DNA of 64,000 nucleotides from an uncultured Methanosarcinaceae archaeon (GTDB lineage Archaea; Halobacteriota; Methanosarcinia; Methanosarcinales; Methanosarcinaceae): NCBI GenBank assembly GCA_963833425.1, contig CAWHXP010000016.1, positions 1 to 64,000 of the forward strand, read 5' to 3'. Shown piece by piece: positions 35,654 to 48,485 of this stretch (position 1 is its first letter; each line of letters starts with the position of its first letter). The notes under the pieces were generated by a model. It saw only the letters and a program-made list of their open reading frames with translations, ran no database searches and was not told where the DNA came from. The position numbers and the translations under genes were made by a program.

Positions 35654-36266
35654 AAATAACCCTCTTTACGCAATTACTTAATTTTAGTATTAAATTGTCC
35701 TGCTTAATATAAAATTCTACTTCCACAGGTCAACATTAAAAATTTGAATATCGTCTTGATATCGTTTTATGACATTTTAGAAATATACTAGGACTTGGAC
35801 AGTTTGAGTATTTTTTTACAAATCAATTGGATACTATCCATTACATTATGCTGTAAACATATTCTTTTAAAAAATTTAGTTAAGCTAAATAAACCCTGCT
35901 AAATTTACTGAATTTTATTGCATCAGCTATTAAAATATTGCAGATTTCTGTGAAACTACTACAAAAAAATGTTACAAAGTCTAGTTATTCTCGTGTAAGA
36001 AACTCAACAAATCATCATAGAAAATGACTCAAAGCCGATTCAAAACCATTAATTTCTTAGCTTGTCACTCATACATCGGGCTCCAATCCGCTTAAGCCAT
36101 TTTCAGGATCCTAGGCAGAGCATCAAAAGAGAGAATATTTGAACCAACAAACCAGGTTTCAAGAAAACTTGATAGTTGATACTCCTTACTTCTGGAAAAC
36201 TGTAAAAGGTACATTAAGTAAGAGCAGAATTATTAAGAGTAACAGCAATTCTACAAGGGTAAAAAG

Positions 36267-37120
36267 GGTTCCGTTGCAAAAATCTCAGAATAAGTATGTA
36301 AAATATAGATGATGAACAAAATTCAGAATATCCGAGAAAAATGTATCATTATTACAGAACTATTCCAAATAATTGATTGGTATATTTAGCTTCATTAAGA
36401 CCAGAGTAGTTTAAATTCTTGATTTGTCCTTTTTTAACCATATTCAAAGCTTCAATTACTTTTAAAATCTTACTTGCCGAGAGAAAAGACTGAAAGCTTA
36501 GCATTGTAGCAATTATCCGCTTGATAGACCTCTGATCTTGTTCTACAATGTTATTCAAATACTTGACTTATCTCATTTCAACTTTTTTAGACAGCTTTTA
36601 CTCATATTCCAGTTCATCTATGGCTCTCGGATAAGCTGCATTCTTATCAATTGTTGTCACTCTAGGCATTTGATTCTGATTTGAACCCAAGCCTTTTTAA
36701 AGAATTTCTTTGGGCTTTTCTATCTCTTTTTGCACTTAGCATGAAATCAATTGTATTTCCATCTGAATCAAACGCAAGATAAAGATATTTCCATGCACCT
36801 TTTACTTTGAGGTATGTTTCGTCAACTCTCCAAGAGTCATTGGTTGGATTTAAATGTCTACACACCTTCTTTTCTATCTCAGAAAAATATTGATGTACCT
36901 ATCTCATTATAGTAGTGTGATCAACTTTTATTCCTCTTTCTGCCATTATTTCCTCTAAATTTTTATAGCTCAATGGATATTTTAAGTACCATCTTACGTT
37001 TAATAAGATAATTTCTCCTGCAAATTGTTTCCATTTAAAAGCATTTACTGGCATACCATACCCACCTAAATTCTTATTTATTTCATTGTATCTCCCTCAT
37101 AATTTTTTTGCAACGAAACC
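36267..37120 (-). mobile_element. IS6-family element, transposase pseudogene
   Basis: TIRs GGTTCCGTTGCAAAA / TTTTGCAACGAAACC; SWRVDETYLKVKG.W.YLY, NNIVEQDQR; multiple stops. Confidence 0.92.
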
Positions 37121-37455
37121 ATAAGTAACCATTACCCCAGTTAAAGGGATCCGAAATCATGTACGAAAAGAGGAAATACAGAATTCGATCAATAGTGATC
37201 CAAAGAATCAATACGAGCCAGGTATATACTATTTATAAGCATATGACTAAATTTAAGGGATAATTTAAATTATACACATTTATATATAAAATAATATAAA
37301 ATCTTTAGCAAAAATTTCTTAAATTACGTATAAAACGGTTCTCGAGAAGTTCCCATCTCCGAAGTAAGCTCTGGTGTTCGATTGGGATAAAAACTTTCCC
37401 TCCTATAAGATATTTACATAGTTCCTCGAACCCCCTTTTCTCATCTATTTCTTCT

Positions 37456-38103
37456 TCACGAATTTCTTCGCCACGGTCCTTTTTGGAAAGCACGCTGATA
37501 TGAGCCCTCTCCTCTCTTTTTGGCAAAAATCCTTTTCACATGTTTTGCAAGCACAATATCACCTTTCTTGGACCTGAATTCACCATCTCTTACCTTAATT
37601 TTATTTATGAAAAGGCGCTTGTTTCCAACTATTTCTTCTGCTCCTACAACAAACTCATAATCTCCAGGAAAACACTTTTCGATAACCTCTGTTTTTTCGG
37701 TTCCTGACTGCGCCGTAAATTTTACGGTTACCTCATCAATATATCTGCCCCAGATTGTTTTAATATCTTCTGCCTTAGCCATCTTGACCCTTTTCTCTCC
37801 TGCGTCAAGGGCAGTAATCACTATAGGGAAAACTATTTCCGCATCCTCATCGTCTATAACTATTTCGTCATCTACATGAAGAACAATCTCGGAATCCAGT
37901 TTAATTTTGTATGTGCGCGAAATATCCATTTTGCTGACTATAACCTTCAAAACAGAGCCTTTTAGTGTTTTTATCTTCGCTGAATGTACCTGTCCACACT
38001 CCAGACAACTAACTAGCGCACTTGGCCCTTCTTTTAGAACTTGATGCCCGACTTCTTCTTGAGGGGAACATGAAGGACATTCGACTTCAATTACTCTTAT
38101 CAT
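37456..38103 (-). CDS. Conserved archaeal zinc-ribbon protein (HVO_0476-like)
   Basis: ECPSCS..EVGHQVLK, CLECGQVH. Confidence 0.8.
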   Translation of the reverse strand: MIRVIEVECPSCSPQEEVGHQVLKEGPSALVSCLECGQVHSAKIKTLKGSVLKVIVSKMDISRTYKIKLDSEIVLHVDDEIVIDDEDAEIVFPIVITALDAGEKRVKMAKAEDIKTIWGRYIDEVTVKFTAQSGTEKTEVIEKCFPGDYEFVVGAEEIVGNKRLFINKIKVRDGEFRSKKGDIVLAKHVKRIFAKKRGEGSYQRAFQKGPWRRNS

Positions 38104-39139
38104 GATCTAATCAAATATATATTTGAAACGCTAAATACTTAACTTTTCAGGTGGCACTTTTCTATAAAGCTCCCTGCAGGAAAGTTATACAGGCAAAGAG
38201 ATTCATTTGTGGCTTTTACTTGACTATTATACATTTCTTTTCCATCTACCAAAGTATAATTTTATTCTCATATTTGATATAGCAGAGCAAATGACATGAA
38301 AAGTTATAGAATCAAAAAATGTTTATGTAGAGAAACACTTCTATGACAGCTTTCTCACTAAAGTAAGGAGTAGCTATCGGTTTTACGAAAAGATTCGAAA
38401 GTGTACTAAGGAAAGCCAAAAAAATTTCTAAAAAAATGCTTTGGAAAAATAACTGTAGAGTGATGGATATCTCGTATTTTTATTGGCAAGTTTAGCAAAA
38501 AAACAGCTGAAAATACATACTGAACTTGGGACGAAGTTGACACTTAGATACACTTAACAGCAGACCCAGCGATTTTACTCTCTAGCCTATAAAAAAAATG
38601 AAATTTTTTCATGTTTAAGGCATATGATAAAGGCTCGAAGAACTTGTTCACCGTTTCTCACGATTTAAACCACCTATTTTGTTTGGCAACTGAATTGCCT
38701 CAAAGATGATCTTGCATCCGTGATCAAAGTCATATTTAATCCTTCGGTACCAACTCATCAATTAATTTGCGAATGGTTTTAAAAACTAAATTTATGACAA
38801 CTTTTCTGGCCAAAATAATGCTGAATCGATATCCAAAAAAGAGAATTTGAAAAAAATTTCATTTTTTGTGTATGCTATTTGAGAATCTCAATTTAGTTTT
38901 AGATTTCTTCCCTGCTAATAATTTAATAAATTACCCAATTCCATAAACCATCCAGAAAATGGTAGCTTGTCTTCTCTTCTTCTACCATCATCTAATAAAT
39001 TATGAAATCAGTCTCCGAAATCCAAAAATTTTCTTTGTTCTTCCGATGTGTTCTGAATACTTACTAGCTGCTGCAATGCTTTTTCCCTGGATATCAAGTC
39101 CCTGAATTTCGGAATATAAGTTCCTAACCTTTTTAGTTC

Positions 39140-39961
39140 TCAGAGTCTTACAGAAATTTTCCTATCTCTAAGGTACTCTTTAACTTCCTTTATTGAATAA
39201 TTACTAAAGTGGAATATACTTGCTGCAAGAGCTGCATCAGCTTTTCCATCGGAGAAACCCTCGTATATGTGTTGAGGATTTCCGACCCCTCCTGAAGCTA
39301 TGATAGGTACATCCAGCTCTTCCGAGAGTTTCTTTGTAATAGGGATATCATAGCCAGCGCAGGTCCCATCCCGGTCCATACTGGTAAGCAGAATTTCTCC
39401 GGAACCAAGTTCTTCTGCCCTTCTAGCCCAATGTACCGCATCAATTCCTATTGCCTGCCTACCTCCATAGATAACTACTTCATACCAAGCAAAAGTCCCA
39501 TCTTCAAGTTCCAGAATATTCTTGTCAGGATTATTTTTTATGTCATAATTTCGCCTGCAGTCAATTGCAGTGACAATGCACTGGGCTCCGAATATGTCTG
39601 AAGAATCTTTGATAAATTCAGGATTTTTAACTGCTGATGTATTGACAGAAACCTTGTCTGCCCCAGCCCTGAGAATTTGGCGAATAGCTTCGACGGAACT
39701 TATCCCGCCTCCAACAGTGAGAGGAATAAAAACTTCGTCTGCAGTTCTTTCAATAACATTGATCATTGTTTCTCTACCGTGGGCAGAAGCTGTGATGTCC
39801 AAGAAGACAAGCTCATCAGCGCCCTCTTCATTGTAGCGCTTGGCGAGTTCTACAGGGTCTCCAGCCTCTTTAAGGTCAACGAACTCTACACCTTTAACAA
39901 CACAGCCGCCTGCTCTGTCAAGGGTTACATCAAGGCATGGTATGATTCTTTTGGTGAGCAT
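39140..39961 (-). CDS. hisF: Imidazole glycerol phosphate synthase cyclase subunit
   Basis: [55 protein letters not shown]. Confidence 0.97.
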   Translation of the reverse strand: MLTKRIIPCLDVTLDRAGGCVVKGVEFVDLKEAGDPVELAKRYNEEGADELVFLDITASAHGRETMINVIERTADEVFIPLTVGGGISSVEAIRQILRAGADKVSVNTSAVKNPEFIKDSSDIFGAQCIVTAIDCRRNYDIKNNPDKNILELEDGTFAWYEVVIYGGRQAIGIDAVHWARRAEELGSGEILLTSMDRDGTCAGYDIPITKKLSEELDVPIIASGGVGNPQHIYEGFSDGKADAALAASIFHFSNYSIKEVKEYLRDRKISVRL

Positions 39962-40176
39962 CTATGGGATAATTGAATAAAATCCTATTAAAAGCTTATC
40001 GGAATTAAGACAAAAATAATATCTTAAATTAAATTTAACCTGTTAAAAGAAAAAGCAATGAACTATAAAAATGAATCTGAAAGTAGCTCTCAGGATTAGA
40101 GAAATAAAAATTTTAGAGTAGAAGGTTGAAAGCTCAAAAGTGAGAATTCTGCATATCATATATAACTTCTCGTGAT

Positions 40177-40647
40177 CTAGCTGAAAATATTGATAACACG
40201 AGCACCATCAAGTTTGGACATCTCCACTTCAGAACTTTCCAATACCTTTTTTCTAATCCTTATAGGAGCTCCGGCACGGAGAGCGAGGGCGATGCAGTCG
40301 CTTGGTCTTGCATCGAACTGCATGACATTACTATCCTTTTTTATAAGAAGGCGGGCGTAATATATTTTGTCCACTTTATCGTCGATCATTACGCACTCAA
40401 TTTTTATTCCCAATCTATCAAAAATATTAATCATGAGATCATGGGCCATCGGGCGAGGAGGAGAGATTTTTTTAAGCACATTCCCTATTGAGAGAGCTTC
40501 TAAATGGCCTATGAACATAGGAAGCATATTCCCCTCCATATTTTCAAGGAGCACCATAGGTGTTGGGTCCGCAAAAATATCAACTATGTAGACATCTTTG
40601 ACGTGAATTTCTTCGAAGTCGTTATCGATATTGATGTCCATAATCAA
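40177..40647 (-). CDS. Bifunctional nuclease family (DUF151)
   Basis: LPMFIG.LEA.SI, PPRPMAHDL, YYARL, DARPSDCIALALR. Confidence 0.92.
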   Translation of the reverse strand: MIMDINIDNDFEEIHVKDVYIVDIFADPTPMVLLENMEGNMLPMFIGHLEALSIGNVLKKISPPRPMAHDLMINIFDRLGIKIECVMIDDKVDKIYYARLLIKKDSNVMQFDARPSDCIALALRAGAPIRIRKKVLESSEVEMSKLDGARVINIFS

Positions 40648-41120
40648 TAGTTAATCTCACCCTATTAATACTTAATTAAATATTCAGGATTAATTAACGT
40701 TTCATTTTTTAAGCATGAAAATAATACTCCCAATAACAGAAAGAACATTTTATTGTAGAAGTTAATGCTCTTAATCCTCGGAAAATTTCACTTCTTTTTA
40801 GTTCCGAAAATTTCCTGAGACATAATTATTTTAAACAAGAAAATTTATTGCAGAGTGTATATTTCTTTGAAATTATTCAACCTAGAAAAAAAAGCAATAA
40901 CTACCATTACAAGGGTTTAATGAGCATTTTCAGAGAATTATTTTATTTCACTATCGGCTTTGATCATTTTGCTATTTTTCCATCGATTCTTAATCGGAAG
41001 TATCTGTTTTGTTAAAAAAGATATCAACCAACCTGTCTACAGTAGGTTGAATAGTTAAATTTTCTTCAAAATTCAGCTAATTTTTCCCTCAATACATGAT
41101 ATTTTTGAGTGAATTTATTG

Positions 41121-41978
41121 GGTTCCGTTGCAAAAATTTCAAAATAAGCATGTAAATTTATGAGTAATGAATAAAAATCAAAATATTCAAAGAAAATGTA
41201 CCAACATTATGAAACTATACCAAATAAGTGATTAATGTATTTGACTTCATTAAGAACAGAGTAATTTAAATTATTGACTCGTCTTTTTTTAAGCATATCC
41301 ATAGCTTCAATTCCTTTTAAAGTTTTATTGGCAGATAGAAAAGACTGAAATCCTAACATTGGATTAACGATTCGCTTTATAGATCTATGATCTTGTTCTA
41401 TAATGTTATTCAAATACCTGGGTTGTCTAATTTCAACATTTTTTTTAACATGTTCTTCTCGTTTTTCAGTTCATCTATAGCAGGTGGATAAGTTGGATTT
41501 TTATCAACGGTTATTTCTCTTGGAATTTGATTATGATTAGAACTCAAAGCTTTCTTAAAGAATCTATTCGCTGCTTTTAGATTTCGTTTTGAACTTAACA
41601 TAAAATCGATTGTATCTCCATTTGAGTCAACTGCTCGATAAAAATATTTCCATTTACCTTTTACTTTGATATAGGTTTCATCAACTCTCCACGAATCATT
41701 TGTTAGTTTTAAATGTCTTCTTATCTTCTTTTCTATTCTAGGGGAATATCGATGTACCCATTTCATTATAGTACTGTGATCAACTTGAATTCCTCTTTCT
41801 ATCATCATTTCCTTTAAATTTCTATAGCTCGATGGATATTTTAAGTACCATCCTACATTTAATAGGATAATTTCTCCTTCATAATGCTTCCATTTAAAGG
41901 AATTAGATAGCATATCACTATCTTTGGTTTTCTTTTTATTCTATTGTATCAGTAGAAAGGATTTTTTGCAACGGAATT
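41121..41978 (-). mobile_element. IS6-family element with 8-bp TSD (ATTTATTG); transposase frameshifted near 41440
   Basis: TIR GGTTCCGTTGCAAAA / TTTTGCAACGGAATT; ATTTATTG at 41113-41120 and 41979-41986; FKWKHY.GEII, WRVDETY, NNIIEQDHR. Confidence 0.93.
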
Positions 41979-43368
41979 ATTTATTGATGTTAACGTGTCG
42001 AGCCATAGACTGGTTATAGTGTCTAAAAAATTTAAAATTATACAATAATTGTTTACCCAGTAGCAGCGCAAAAATTTGGGCAGTGGAAACGTTGAGATAA
42101 TTCCATCGAATTTTAATATAAAATTATGATCGCAAAAATTCATATTTACTTACCGCTTTCTATGACTGCAATAAATCAAAATCACATGAAATAATCCATA
42201 TTCAGATTTTTGACCCAAATACAAGCAACTTTGTATGCACACGCTTCCAGTAAGAATGTACAAAATTAAATTTAATACAAAATATTTTAAATAATTTATA
42301 TGATTTATTTTTCCTAGTATCAACATAGTTTACAATGAAATCTGAAGTTGTACAATCATCAACAATTCCAATATAACCTATACCATTCCATCATACACAC
42401 GATCTAAAAGCTTTTTTAGGCCCAGGGAATTCATTAAAGATTTTGATTGCTGTGATATCTGTATAAATTTTGCCGAAGATATTTTTGTTTCCAACAAAGA
42501 AAAAATTTGCATTGTAATCATAAGTACCGATCATACCAAACTTAAAACCATACCCTTTACTAAATTAAAAATATATAAATTTGAATTAATCGATGAGATC
42601 ATTATCTAAAAGAATTTTTTGGTATTTCATGCAACAAAAATGTGATATCTCATTCTATAGGTACAATAATTTACCACATAATTTGCCACAATAATATGAT
42701 ATCTTATTACAAATGATGAACTGCAAGAAGATAAAACTGGATACCAAAAGAAACAAAATCAACCTAGAGAAATTTTGTTGAAGCTATACATTATTGGATT
42801 ATGAATGTGTGATCCACTTTCGGCAAATGTACACAATAATACAATCTGTTATCTAATTGTTGCAGTAGCTTAAAAATTAATATAACATTCAGTGAATAAG
42901 TGGACAAATGGGCAAAAAATTATACACGTGTGTGCATCTGCAGAATGTCAGGCAGAAAAATAGTTGGTGAAATGATCACAATTATGGGAAAAAGTGAGAG
43001 TACGTAAGTAACCATTTTCATCATGTACTATCATGATAAATATTGAGAAGAATTTGCAGACTACTTCGAATGTATCTAGCAATTGCCAACATTTATAGGG
43101 TGAATCTCAAATGAGTGTTCCTTAAAACGTATCCAGTTGTGTTTCCAACCTGCAGACAAAAACCATGCACTTCCATTAACTGAATATAGTAGTACAAACA
43201 TTTTACAAGAATAACTTGATTTAGGCTTTCAATTTATTCATGATCTTTTATTTCTTCAAATTTTTTTTATTCACATTTACATAATATGTTAGATACTTTT
43301 TTATTTCTTAGAGATAATAGAATATTTAAAGTTTTATATGAATCTCGTACTTTGAGGAGTAATTAATA

Positions 43369-43770
43369 ATGTCAGAAGCAGAAATTACAGAAATTTTTGA
43401 AGGTTTGCAGTTGAAGATTCTAAATAATACAGGTGACGATCTTGTACTTCAAGCCCAAAAACTAGAAAAAGGAAAATACAAAAAAGGCCATCAAGCCTCA
43501 GCTAAAATAGAATCTTATGAGGAAAAGGAACTCGAACTCGTAGCATGTGAAGGAAGCTGCGAAGGTGGAGCTGATATAGAGGGTTGGATCAAGTACGAAC
43601 TAAGTTGCTCAGAAGGATACTGCAAGTTACATTTCAAATATATGGGTAGGGAAAACAAAGGCACATATTCCTGTGAATGCCATATATGTGATGGAAAAAT
43701 GCTCTATGAGATCTCAAAAGATCCGAAAAATGACAGAAGCGTGATCTGGATAATAGGCCCTAAAGCATAA
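43369..43770 (+). CDS. Small Cys-rich protein, aegerolysin/Cry34-like by pattern
   Basis: GAGGAG RBS; LKILNNTG..LVL....LEKGKY ... G.EGWIKY; no signal peptide. Confidence 0.6.
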   Translation: MSEAEITEIFEGLQLKILNNTGDDLVLQAQKLEKGKYKKGHQASAKIESYEEKELELVACEGSCEGGADIEGWIKYELSCSEGYCKLHFKYMGRENKGTYSCECHICDGKMLYEISKDPKNDRSVIWIIGPKA

Positions 43771-44024
43771 GTATAAGAGCAATTCTAAATTGAATTTATA
43801 CACAAATCCCTTTATTGATTAGCTTATTTTTTTTACTTTTAACAAATTGTTATTTTTGAAAATTACACCGATTTAATCGGAAGAATCTATCTTCCTTATT
43901 TATTTTTTCATTTTTTTTCTTAGATTTAAAGTTATCAAGGGCAAGATGCAACTTTTCATAAAAAATAACTCATATATTTATCCTGAAATCTTTTCGCTTT
44001 TTAATTTCCTGACACATTACAGAC

Positions 44025-44113
44025 ATTCCGCACATGTACAAAGATATAAAATCTGTATTCCTATTTGCCTACTATTGTCATTGAAAGTTGAATTAATTTT
44101 TAAGCTACTGCCA
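44025..44113 (+). repeat. Module A, copy 2 (3'-truncated)
   Basis: cctatttgcctactattgtcattgaaagttgaattaatttttaagctactg. Confidence 0.8.
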
Positions 44114-44736
44114 CAGGACATTACAGAATTTAAATGAAATCAATAATTAATCAGGATATTATCGAACTAGTAACAATCAGAATTGAGGCATTAAATAATA
44201 TTCCAGTAAAATGAGCCTTTAATTACCTGATAAAATTGAATCAAGGGAGAAACGTAGCGCTTTGCCTTATTAAGATGTGTATAAATTCCAAAATATGCCC
44301 AAAAATATACTAAAAAAATCAAACAATGTTAACAGTTATATGCATTATTTTTACTTTAGAGCTCTAAAGTATTGAATTTTCTAGAAATTAGTACAAAAAT
44401 GAATGCATTTGACAATATATACAGTTTTCTAAGTCTATTAAGTGTTAATTTTTACTGTGTAGACACCAAAAGGAAATTGAAGAGATAAGGATTGTGAGTA
44501 AAAATTATTAAAATGGCCTGCAATTAAGAATAAATAAATTCTATACATGCAAAAATGAATTTAATTTGACAATTCTAAGTTAGTTATATATCTTGTATTT
44601 TCGATATCCACAAATCTCGAAGTAAAGTAAAGTTGATTAAGATTAAATTTAATTTTTTAAATAGTATTATATATAATTACATGCTTTTATGATTTAATTT
44701 CACATTCTCTTACTTACATGTGATTATTGCATCCGA

Positions 44737-44878
44737 AACTTCGTATATGTACACAGATGTAGAATCTATTTTCCTATTTGCCCACTATTCGTCATTCGTG
44801 TAAAATTAAATTATAAGCTACTGTCATATTGAGAAAATAAATGCCATTCTTGTGTACATCTGAGGAAAGTGGATTGCA
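44737..44878 (+). promoter_or_regulatory. Module A, copy 3; occupies the promoter/leader of the ThiC-family gene
   Basis: cctatttgcccactattcgtcatt...TTATAAGCTActgtcatattgagaaaat; ends about 40 nt before ATG 44918. Confidence 0.7.
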
Positions 44879-44917
44879 TGAAATTTTACTCATAAAGAAC
44901 AGCTTGAGGTACTAAAA

Positions 44918-46204
44918 ATGACAATCTTAGAAGATGCTCAAAAAGGAATAATTACAGACGAGATGAAGATCGTTGCAAAAGATGAAGGACTTGACCCTGA
45001 ATTTATCCTCCGTGGTGTTGCAGCTGGAAGAATCGTCATTCCAACCTCCCCCTACAGACAGGTAAAAATTTGCGGAATTGGAGAAGGACTCAGAACCAAA
45101 GTTAATGCATCCATTGGTGTATCCTCAGACATCGTTGATGTAGATATGGAAGTTAAGAAAGCAAAAGCTGCGGAAACCGCTGGGGCAGACACACTTATGG
45201 AGCTGGGAACTGGTGGAGATTTCCTAGCAATCAGGAAAAAGGTAATTGATAGTATATCCCTTTCTGTAGGTTCTGTGCCCCTATACCAGGCTTTCATCGA
45301 GGCCGCAAGGAAGTATGGTTCAATTGTAGATATGACTGAAGAAGAACTCTTCAAGGCAACTGAAGAACAAGCGAAGCTCGGGACCAACTTTATGGCAATT
45401 CATACAGGAATTAACAATATCACCATGGATCGGCTTAAAGCCCATGGGAGATACGGTGGACTCTGTTCTCGTGGCGGAGCATTCATGACCTCTTGGATGC
45501 TTCACAACGAAAAAGAAAATCCACTCTATGCCAACTTTGATTACTTGATTGAGATTCTCAAGGAACACGAAGTTGTACTCTCCACAGGGAATGGGATGAG
45601 AGCAGGAGCAGTACACGATGCAACCGATAGAGCACAGATTCAAGAACTGATTATCAACGCCGAGCTAGCTGATAAAGCCCATCAGAAGGGATTGCAAGTC
45701 ATTGTCGAAGGCCCGGGTCACGTCCCACTCGATCAGATCGAGACCAATGTAAAACTCATGAAGGAAATGAGCGGTCACAAACCCTTCTACATGCTCGGCC
45801 CACTTGTAACCGACATCGCACCCGGGTACGACCATATAGTGACAGCAATCGGTGCATCAGTATCCGCATCATATGGATGTGACTTCCTGTGTTATGTAAC
45901 TCCTGCAGAGCACCTTGCCCTTCCAAGCATCGAAGACGTCATCATGGGAGTCAAGACAGCCAAGATTGCAGCTCATGTAGGGGACATGGTAAAGTACCCA
46001 GGCAAAGAAAGAAAACAGGACCTTGAGATGGGTAGAGCCAGAAGAGAACTCGATTGGGAAAAGATGTACGCCCTCTCAATAGATCCGCAACATGCAAGAG
46101 AAATCAGGGCCAGCAGAGCACCTGAAGACACAGATACTTGTACTATGTGCGGTAACTATTGCGCCTTGAAGATCGTTAACCAAAATTATAACCTCGCAAA
46201 ATAA
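44918..46204 (+). CDS. bzaF: ThiC-family radical SAM enzyme, probably 5-hydroxybenzimidazole synthase (BzaF type)
   Basis: TKVNASIG, EGPGHVP, CYVTPAEHL, C-terminal CTMCG..C; variants ADTLMEL, VPLYQAF, GNGMRAGA.HD..DRAQ.QE.IIN instead of ThiC MDLS / GDGLRPG. Confidence 0.75.
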   Translation: MTILEDAQKGIITDEMKIVAKDEGLDPEFILRGVAAGRIVIPTSPYRQVKICGIGEGLRTKVNASIGVSSDIVDVDMEVKKAKAAETAGADTLMELGTGGDFLAIRKKVIDSISLSVGSVPLYQAFIEAARKYGSIVDMTEEELFKATEEQAKLGTNFMAIHTGINNITMDRLKAHGRYGGLCSRGGAFMTSWMLHNEKENPLYANFDYLIEILKEHEVVLSTGNGMRAGAVHDATDRAQIQELIINAELADKAHQKGLQVIVEGPGHVPLDQIETNVKLMKEMSGHKPFYMLGPLVTDIAPGYDHIVTAIGASVSASYGCDFLCYVTPAEHLALPSIEDVIMGVKTAKIAAHVGDMVKYPGKERKQDLEMGRARRELDWEKMYALSIDPQHAREIRASRAPEDTDTCTMCGNYCALKIVNQNYNLAK

Positions 46205-47502
46205 GCATGTATCTGTAATTAGCATTAAAGACTAGTGCTTTACGTATCTGATCCTTTTGAAAAAGAGGATCTTAAATTGTCTCTTAAATCCATTATCTAA
46301 TTTGACAATTGTTTCTTTAAAAATATTTCCCAAATTCATTTTTTTGAACCTATATTATAAATCAGCAAGCACAAATAGTGAGATTCAATAAAGTTCTGTA
46401 ATGAGGAGAGTCTCCTACACACCTTCTTTACGTTCTGACTTCAAATTTTATTGTATTCTTGATATGGTCATTTATTTTTTTTTGAATTCAGCACTTTTTT
46501 TGTTAGCTCTTTGAGCGAACCATCTCTAATATTTTGGTTTTTGACTCTGAAAAAAAGAGGAGTATCTGTCCTGAATATTAGAAAAGCATAAAGAGATATA
46601 AATGCAGATCTAAATATTAAGAACAATTTTGATAAATAACTATGCATTTGAGTATTGGAGATTTTAAATCTCTTAAAAATAATTATTACTCATGAAAATT
46701 TCTACCGATTTTGGTCTTAAAGAGATCTATAAATTTCTTCAATCAGTTTGAGACAAACTTATTGAGATTGATTTCTTTAATTAATTGGAGATATTTTTAT
46801 ATAATTTTTAAATCCACGTATTTTACAAAACAGCTTTCAGTGTTAGATAGGAAGCTGAAGTAATCATTTTGTTTAAAATACTTGTTTTACAGCAATGGAA
46901 TAATCTTTCTGAATTTGATATTGATAAATAATTTATTGATCAAATTTTTTTCAGAAAATTAATTGATTTTTCTTAGTAAATTTCAGATAGTATCACAATC
47001 TGATCATTTAGAAAAAGAATTATTGTTAATTCAAAGAAGAATAAATAAACGGATCTGCAAAGCTAACTTAATTCCCTTGGTTTTGAAAACAAAAATGAAA
47101 AATGATTCCGGACACTAATTTTATCATTAAGATCCTAAGCAACAAATATGGATAAGCCTCAAGAAAATGAAACAAAAGCAAAAAGAAACAGAGTCAAAAC
47201 CTTAAAAAGTGTGGTAAATCACAATTTGGACATAAACTTCAAGCATAATGGATAGAGATTACGAGCTGATAAGAAGATTCAAACAACAACTTCATTCTTC
47301 ATGATTCTTAGATAAATTTATCAGAAAAAATGAAATGGTTTACATTGATAGAGGATACTTTGGAGCAAAATCAAACGGTTATGATACAACAATGAAAAGA
47401 GGGAGGAGAGAACAAATAGCCTGTGTAAGACGAAGCACCAGGAACTAAAAAACCTTGGTGGAGAATTTGGTAAAAAAATAAAAGGGATTAAATCCCTATA
47501 TA

Positions 47503-48057
47503 TTAACTTTTAGTATAGATTATCATATAGCCTAAAGAAGGATACGGATTACTAACTCCTTGCCCGTTTTTGAAATATATATCGTAACCGTCCTGGCCAC
47601 CTTGTGTTGTTTGTGTTGCACTAGTAAACAGCTGATCAGCAGTTATATCTATATATGAATCGGTTGTTGCACCAGGATTTGCGCTAGCTGTAGGTAACCC
47701 AAACACTATGTTGGATTGAGCTAATGTGTCACCAGATTTTATAGGAACAAAGGTATGAGTACCGGCCACTGATCCAGGTACATTTCCTATACTCACATCT
47801 ACAATTGAACCTGGTGTTCCTGCTGGTCCTGGAGGACCTGGTGGACAATCACACTTTAGACATTCCTTATCTTTACCATAGCCATGGTCATCATCACAGC
47901 AAACGACTGGGAATTTTAGGAAATCCACAGTAGAAACGGGATCTGTTTTAAATAGCAAATTTTCATTATTTCTCGATGCACCTGCTGTACTTGTCAGCAC
48001 TACAACTATAGCTAATTAAAATAAGGCTAGTTTATACAAATTTCGTGTAGTTATCAT
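47503..48057 (-). pseudogene. Secreted protein with a short collagen-like GPP stretch; TAA inside the signal peptide
   Basis: MITTRNLYKLALF*LAIVVVLTSTAGA...CCDDDHG...CDCPPGPPGPAGTPG; hairpin agggattaaatccct downstream. Confidence 0.7.
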
Positions 48058-48379
48058 AAATTAACACCCAGCTTAATCATTTTCTGTAGTTTATTTTTAA
48101 GAAAAAGAATACTTAAATCATTATAGTTAAGATTTGAAATATATAATAACATGAATTTAGAATATATATATACATATATAACCATATTAATAAATATAAA
48201 CAAACACATTGGAACGAGTTTATGCATTACTAAAAAGAAGTTCAAAACAGGAAAAAATTCTTGCCACTACTCTTAAATAAATCTAAAGACATCGTGGGCA
48301 ACTTTATGATATAACCTCTCTCAATTGATGACACTGAAAATAAAACAAGTATTTGGAGAATATCGGAAGCTATTTTTAA

Positions 48380-48485
48380 AATCAAAGAATAATGAAGCAA
48401 AAAAGGAAAAATAGGGTCAAATACAAAAATTAGTGAGAAGATATGGACAAGATCCCCTCGAAGATAAAAAATTAGAGGTAAATCG
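48380..48485 (+). repeat. Left arm of inverted repeat flanking iscU (perfect over 48380-48463)
   Basis: Exact reverse complement of 49362-49445; 3 mismatches in the next 22 nt. Confidence 0.95.

Noticed and set aside
37305..37526. Possible truncated protein-L-isoaspartate methyltransferase start after the zinc-ribbon gene
   Set aside because: Only vague resemblance, no SAM motif; cannot be supported
36267..41978. Composite transposon of two direct IS6 copies carrying hisF
   Set aside because: The second copy has its own TSD, the copies are clearly diverged, and the cargo is core genes; independent insertions
44737..44917. TPP or cobalamin riboswitch upstream of the ThiC-family gene
   Set aside because: No recognisable riboswitch core or GC stems; the region is module A
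2635..48018. Pyrrolysine (UAG) read-through explaining split genes
   Set aside because: The in-frame stops examined are TAA (2635, 48016) or TGA; the TAGs at 32817 and 13419 arise only after frameshifts
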